A stretch of 64,000 nt of DNA from Octopus sinensis (lineage: Eukaryota). The notes beneath the pieces are model-generated. The model worked only from the letters and a program-made list of their open reading frames with translations, was not told the DNA's origin and did no database searches. Positions 56,894 through 64,000 of the stretch are shown piece after piece. Within the stretch, counting starts at the first letter, position 1. Every line of letters begins with the position of its first letter. The translations under genes and the position numbers were made by a program. The stretch lies in NCBI RefSeq assembly GCF_006345805.1, contig NC_043006.1, positions 92,504,001 to 92,568,000 on the forward strand. Direction: 5' to 3'.

Positions 56894-57881
56894 TATCTTA
56901 TATAAAGACTATATAATATATTACCAAATACGGCAGAATAAATGAAAAATAATAAATAATAAAGCATACTTTTTATCAGATATAAGCAGAAAATCCGAAA
57001 AGAATAGAAAGAACGATTACTGAAGTGATTATTTTCTAAAAAAACAGAAATAACCTAAGTGTTTGTTATTGACATTTGAGCAGAAGGCATTAAAACCATT
57101 GAAGAGCAGAAGAAGCCAATCGAAAAACAGTGAAGAATGTGTGATTGAATTTGATTTCATTTCCTTTCTGCTGTACCTTACAAAAGCACACAATAGTTAA
57201 GTCGGGTGTTTTCATATGCAACGCAAATGTATACGATTGCGCTACAAATCCTTTATACACATTAGTGAGACTAATCCCTTTCATTGTTATCCTTTGTAAT
57301 TGACTGTCTCAACGTGTTCCACTTCTGTCAAAACTATGCGAGACTATGTGAGTATTCTCGAATGAAAAACAATTATTGTCTGCGTAAAACACTGCTGTTG
57401 TTTACCGAGTAGAAGAAATAAGCAGTAAATTTAGAAAAAATTGAATATTCCTCAAATGGATAATTGTACTAAATAAATGCTCTTCAATGATTTCATGGTA
57501 AATACATATCACTCCAGCATTGAATAAAGCCATGTTGGGGTTTTATGACCCTAAAACTCAAAGGTTGCAGGCGGTTTCTACTACATTTCGATTTATGATC
57601 ATTTGAAAATAAGCACTCCTAAAACTAGCAACACCATTATCTGCAATGACACACCGATTCACAGTATGATAAATATCGATTTGCAAAATAGGGCAACTTG
57701 GAATTTACCATGACCAATTTTATATACTTTTGGAATTTACTCACAAGGTATTGGAATCTTATATGTACACCATTCTGCCTAAATAATGTATCTACAAATG
57801 CAATATCCCTGCATATCTCACATCTATTTTCATTCCTCCACTAAACATTCTATTTCGTATCTTATCTAAATTAATTACACC

Positions 57882-57929
57882 GTCTCCGCTGAAGGGGTAT
57901 AATAAATATCCCGGAAATAGCTGTAAGAC
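57882..57929 (+). ncRNA. Decayed hammerhead-like motif in a short non-coding repeat (~57715-57995)
   Basis: gtct CCGCTGA aggggtataataaatatcccg GAAA tagctg TA agac. Confidence 0.5.
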
Positions 57930-58171
57930 CTTCTATTTATAAATGTTCTAAAATCTTCACAGCCTTGGTTTTTCATCTCATTCTGAAAAGAAATGTTTTA
58001 TATATACACATGATGATATATGACCTAAGTTGGACTCCATATTCCCATAATCACAAAACCTGGAGCTTAACTACGGTCTATCCATAGCACTTACTCAGCA
58101 TTACCTGACGCCTTTGGGTCTTATTGACACCATTACCTCTCATAACCTCTCTCTCTCTCTCTCTCTCTCTG

Positions 58172-58218
<47 letters not shown>

Positions 58219-59349
58219 GCATACATGGTTATATGTTCGTATGTGTAAAAGTACAGTGAAAAGCCCCGAAAAACATGTCTATGTTGAAAAATATATATCC
58301 ATTAAAAGAAAAAGAAAGAATTCTTATTGTTCAGACGGAAGTGTTTCGAAAATTTCATTGTTTTATTATCACTTCTAAAATCAAATCCATTTGTTACTCT
58401 GGAATTTACTCTTTAATGGAATATCATGAGTAACCAAGTAAAAGCCAGTTCATACCATACATGGTAGACGCAGGAGTACCAGAATCAGCTACGATTGCCA
58501 GTTTGCCAGAGATCAGCCTGACGAGAAACACAAAAAAACGTGTGTGTCTGTATCTTAAGTGAAATTACTAATAATTCGATTGCTACGAGAAGAATATCGG
58601 CTGAATTTCAAAAAGACAAAATGCACATCAGATTTTCAGGCATGTAGAACAAGTAACAATGAGGAATATTGCTCAAGTTGTGTGTAGGAGATACACATTC
58701 TATTGCAAAGTTGTCCACAAGACGTATTAATCATGCTTGTATACATATGTGTGTGTGTGTGTGTGTGTGAATGTTTTTGCGTTGGTGCGTGTCAGTGAGT
58801 GTGGGTATTAGCATGCGTTGTGAATTTGAGTTAATCAGTGGTTGCACTTCAAGAATGTATTTGAGTGTAGATATATATATATGTTTGTGTATGAATATAT
58901 ATGTAGGAAGTAACGATTATAAATTAGGTTAGCTCTTTAATGTTTCGTCTATCGATCTGAATTGCAGCTCCATAAAACAGTCAGCAGCAATTACTTTTTC
59001 ATTAGTCAAGGTATTTAGTTTCCATCAAGATGCAACGGGTAAATTTAAAATTCTTCAAGTATATCTCACCAGTAATTGAAGAAATGTTATGCTGAAGCTT
59101 ATTTGAAGATTTTGCTGCTGCACGGGCTTCATAACATAGGTGACCGTAATTAGCGGGTGGGTAAGTTAATGCAGTGTCTAATTATTTTGGCGTAGCATAA
59201 AATGTAGTTTTGAATAATGAAACATTGGTCAAAGAGATGATGACAAACGACACCGTTTCAAAGTATATTTCTTGAACATTCGCAAATAACACCGGATTTC
59301 TGAAACGTAACACAAAAAGGTCGATTAGAAAGAATCTTTTATCTTAATC

Positions 59350-59853
59350 AGTTGTGTTCAACACGCATTCTCTCAGTTCGTTAAGAACATGCGGCAGTAT
59401 ATGTCTTAGTATATATATATATATATTGCCACCAGCTACCCACATTAATTGTGTGTGGTGTGTGTATATATATATAATATTATATAGATGGCACTATTAC
59501 ACATAGATGCCACACGCTAGGAGGGACTCTTAAAGTCAAAACTACTAAAATAAATAAACACATCAGTCTGAAACAATCTGCTTCGAGAATTGGTTTCGGT
59601 ACGATGTGTTTATTTATTTATTTTAGTAGTTTTGGCTTTAAGAGTCCCTCCTAGCGTGTGGCATCTATGTGTAATAGTGCCATCTATATAATATTATATA
59701 TATATATACACACACCACACAAAATTAATGTGGGTAGCTGGTGGCAATATATATATATATATATACTAAGACATATACTGCCGCATGTTCTTAACGAACT
59801 GAGAGAATGCGTGTTGAACACAACTACGTGTGGCATCTATGTGTAATAGTGCC
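59350..59853. repeat. ~475-bp foldback (arms 59350-59564 / 59603-59825) with a short tandem restart
   Basis: Near-perfect inverted arms of ~215 bp and a 38-nt self-complementary spacer. 59827-59853 repeats 59655-59681. Confidence 0.92.
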
Positions 59854-60498
59854 CTATATATAATATAAATATATAAATTTAAAGGAAAAAAATTGATGTT
59901 TTTTTTCTCTTGAGGTTTTTCACGCTAACTACTTGAAAAATTCCTATGAAGTTTTTATCTTATTTTTAAATTATATATATATATATATGTGTGTGTGTGT
60001 GCGTGTGTATTGGCTTAATTAAAATTCATTTTAAGTTGTGTCTGTACAGTTATCCAACGTATATCATGTGTGACTTCTGTGGCCATACCTAATCATTGTT
60101 TAAATGCGTTACCTTTCCCCAACCTTGTTTCCTGCTCTGTACAGTAACTCATATAATAAGACATGTAATAACGGTGAGATCCTGCAATCATTTTCTAAAC
60201 AGTTCTGTATCGAATTAAGTAATAATGCAAATGGGTGGATTATACGCCGTATTCGAGATACAGTATAATATGGAGTTTGTAAATATTTTTAATATAGCTA
60301 AAACATTTTTGTTTTACTATCGAATCCTATCAAGGAAGTAATAGAGGGCCAGAAATTATTTTCACATTACTAATGCCACGAAGTGCGTATGTATGTATGT
60401 ATGTATGTATGTATGTATGTGTGTGTATGCATGTATGTATGTATGTATGTATGTATATGTATGTATGTGTGCGCCGTAAAATTTATTGTTATAGATCA

Positions 60499-60605
60499 AG
60501 TTCTATGCTGTTCTATATTTAAGAGATGAGGAGTTAAGAGATGAGGAATATGCCCATGAGCATATGGCGTAGTGGTTAAGAGCGTGGGCTACTAACCACA
60601 AGATT
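60499..60605 (+). mobile_element. SINE family C fragment: inverted 3' terminus (duplicated) joined to the tRNA head
   Basis: gttctatatttaagagatgagga is the reverse complement of 40604-40626. It is followed by gccca...tggcgtagtggttaagagcgtgggctactaaccacaagatt, matching 40324-40377. Confidence 0.85.
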
Positions 60606-62269
60606 TAAATTACGTAGATGTTATCGCAATTTTTTTCTCAACACTCTAATACATACTCGTAAGATATTTTAAAACACACAGACGTAAACACGCATACACA
60701 AAGAAATACGTGAGTAGGTGTACTAGCCAATAGCCGTTTGTCACAATGAGCACTATGCAGCATTTAACTTGTTTTCGCTAATAATATTTTGGCATCCATA
60801 GATTCGGTAGCCTATAGAGACATGCATTAGTTCGACTTGAAAAAAGCGGAACATCCAGGAAATAAAAGTTGGAGAATAATAAGTTCTGCGCCAGCACTGA
60901 TCTGGTTTATCAACGCCGTAAGACTAATAGAAACTTCACCTCGGTGATATTTGAACAATTTACAGAGAAACGAAAATAGTGTTATAGAACATTCTGACAG
61001 GTTGTCCAACAGATCGAGCAGATATATGAATCGGCATAAAGTGCAAAAGAAAACACACACTATTCACTAACCAGAGAGAGATAATTTAATAGAATGTGCG
61101 CTGACATTACTATTCAGTGTTCTACATATATTGAATACAAAATTGAATGTTCCGTACTTGATAGTATTGAAGAGATCAGCACACATGATGACGAAGTAAG
61201 GTATTATGAAGAATCAGCTTGGAAGAATATGTGTGTGTATATTGGTTACTAGTGGTTAATATTGTTTGGTGCACCATGCTACATAACATTACATAATTTA
61301 TTCATAGAATTTATCTTTCGCGTCATATGAAATTTGGTTTGATGCAAAGTATAAAAGTGATTTGCATATCGGAGAGATAGATTGTATGAATTCTAGAAAA
61401 ATATTGGATATACATACGCATACGTATAGTGTACGCAACTGAGTATGTTTGTTTTTGGTTTTTGCACAATTATAACGGATATGAATGTATACAAACACAT
61501 GCATATATGTATAAAGATACGTAAATAAGGTCTCACGAAATGAGTGTTCAACAATGAATCAGTGAAGGATAATCTGTTTAAATACAGAAGGATGTTAATT
61601 TGGCACAAATGGATTCATGCAGATAAATTTGCAATTATTCAGTCGAAGATCCAATACAGCTCGGCCACCATGGCAGACTGAGAGCAAATCGATATTTCAA
61701 TTCTTCATTCCTCTGTTCAAATCTTCTTTTCTCCCCCTCTCTCTCTTTCTCTCTTTCTCTCTTTCTCTCCCTCCGCCTCTCTCTCTTTCTCTCTCTCTGT
61801 CTGTTAAGCTGGCCAACGTTTTAGTGCTGCAGAAACTACGACTGAATAATTACGAATTTATTAGCATGAAACATTTTCTATCGTATTACGACACAAAATG
61901 TCGATGGCCAACAGGAAAAGAGGTTTTCCTGGAGCTAAAACAATAGTAAAATCGTTCTTAAAGGACTGCCACATCCTGTTGGCATATAAAAATTACTATA
62001 CACACACACACACACACACATATGTATAGGTAAGTAGAGTTAGCGGTTGGAGTAACAGTCTAAGGGATAAGAATACCCGTTATAACTACCGGTGTAAATT
62101 AACTATGTTAACCCTGGGCATGGGTATGCACATCGGATACAGTAATAACAGAATAAATGAGAGTTTATCAGGAATCAAATTTAAAATGAGATGAAAATGG
62201 AGAAAACTTTTAATTAACAAACAAATTGACAACGATCGGTTAAATATTTTTTAATTCAAACCCTGAACA

Positions 62270-62381
62270 TTGCTTACAACCGTTTCTGCTGCCAATGTCA
62301 GTCGGTGCCGCCAAAGAAAATTATGAGAATAATATTCGTCATTTTTATAGCATCTAATACATTGATCTTCATCAGAGTGAA
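62270..62381 (-). ncRNA. Hammerhead-like motif with 82-nt stem II
   Basis: Minus strand: ttcact CTGATGA agatcaatgt...acattggcagca GAAA cggttg TA agcaa. Stem I mismatches are explainable by CpG decay of tcgct/agcga. Confidence 0.55.
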
Positions 62382-62895
62382 TACAAATACATAAAATAAG
62401 AGAAGAGGGAAGAGGAAAGAACAGGGCCTCGAGATGAGTAAAGAAGACTTAATAAATTAGAATCATACCATTTTGCTGTGTAAATCGTGGAGTCGATGAG
62501 CAAATGAAGAAACTAGCAAATAAACTAGAAACATAATTGGTGGGTTCATCTTTCTTTATGGGTACCAATGTGCGTAAATAATAAGAAAATAAATCTAGCA
62601 CTTAAGTATAAGAGGGTTCGTCACAAAGTCTAGAAAACGAATTATAATTTCAGAAAATAGAGTTAATGAATATTTAGCAAAAAACTAAAGTTGTTATAAT
62701 AGTAAAGTTGTGACAAAAGATAAATAGATAGATAGGTCTGGCAATGAACTTATATCTATGCAATTATTCATATTGAAACAATACGTATATCGTTTGTAGT
62801 TCTTGTGTTTTCCATGATGTGTTTGAAATATGATTCCCAGTAAATTGTTCTGACTATGTTAAATAATTTTCTTGTCTTTCATGGATAATGTAAAG

Positions 62896-62945
62896 CAGTG
62901 GTTCCAAACTGTGGTCCACAAATGTAGTACTGGGGATCCGTGAAC
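62896..62945 (+). mobile_element. hAT (Charlie-like) terminal fragment
   Basis: cagtggttccaaactgtggtccac...ggggatccgtga resembles Charlie-type TIR/subterminal sequence. Confidence 0.5.
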
Positions 62946-63068
62946 TAATTTCAAAATTCTTTATATCTATCCACCTATCCATCCATCCATCCATCCATCC
63001 ATCCCTCCATCCATCCATCCATCCATCCATCCATCCATCCATCCATTCATCCATCCATCCATCCATCC

Positions 63069-63151
<83 letters not shown>

Positions 63152-63425
63152 AATCTATCTATCTATCTATCTATCTATCTATTTATCTATCTATCTATAT
63201 ATGTATGTTTGTGCGTGTGTGTGTGTGTGTATGTATATATAAATCTTTTTCATAGTTCCTTAGAAACTTTGCCGATAATAAGAATATACATTTGATACTT
63301 ATTCCATCTTTCATCTCTACCACTTTTTAATTTATGTGTGTGTAAGCATACATTAGAGGAAAAGGACATCAAAAACCAAAGCAGTAACATAATCTCAAGT
63401 CATTTATAATAATTTCATTGGAGTA

Positions 63426-63501
63426 AGATTACAGCTGTTTCTGGGATATTCGAAGTGGTAGGCTAGCATGTCTGTACACTTGATATTTTCTCATCGGAGA
63501 C
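63426..63501 (-). ncRNA. Decayed hammerhead-like motif, related to 57882-57929
   Basis: Minus strand: gtct CCGATGA gaaaatatcaagtg...cacttcgaatatccca GAAA cagctg TA atct. Stem I is broken. Confidence 0.45.
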
Positions 63502-64000
63502 AAAGAGAGTATGTATTACACTCCTAGACAGGAAAATTCACAGTTTATAAGGAATAAAATAGAAGAATAACGAGTCAATTCAGACAGGATAATAAAAGTT
63601 CACAGTTCATCATTTTCTAGAGGTTATGGAGGTTGGTCATACTTCCGTGAAGGTATAGGTCCTTATGCTTAATACCAGCTAAATCCGGGCAGAATGATGC
63701 GTTCATATTGAAGCTGTTCGCTAGAGTGCAAATGCTCCGCGTGGGTAAGATAGACATCAAGATAGACAGAAGTGGGTTGAATGAATGGATTGAAGAGAGA
63801 GGAGAAAGAGAAAATATGGAGAGAGAGAGAAAGGGGACAGGAAAAGGATTGCTGCGAGAAAGAATGAATGAGATGGAAAGTAAAGTAAAATAAAAATAAC
63901 AAATAACAACAAAAAAATAAGGAATAAAATATACAGAGAAAAGGTGCCAGTATTCTTCTTCTTTAAGTGTCGGTTCGGTGTGAGAGGTCAGGTGTTAAAG

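Overview
AT-rich, microsatellite-dense eukaryotic DNA. I can support no host protein-coding gene here, so it looks intergenic or intronic. The SINE families resemble those I recognise from octopus genomes, but the species is an inference. Most of the window is decayed transposable elements: two mariners, two maT-like and one Tc1-like DNA transposon, hAT (Charlie/Buster-like) pieces, a non-autonomous Helitron, R4/Dong, HERO-like and RTE-type LINE relics, three Penelope-like (PLE) coding relics and several tRNA-derived SINE families. The strongest hidden signal is about 14 minimal type-I hammerhead-ribozyme (HHR)-like motifs from about 10 different repeat families. Several carry Watson-Crick-compensated 3:8 core variants (U3:A8, A3:U8), palindromic stem III or greatly expanded stem II. 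They sit in PLE termini, in short non-coding elements with PLE-style inverted or circularly permuted structure, and in a tRNA-headed SINE. All alignments and folds were done by eye, so element boundaries are approximate.
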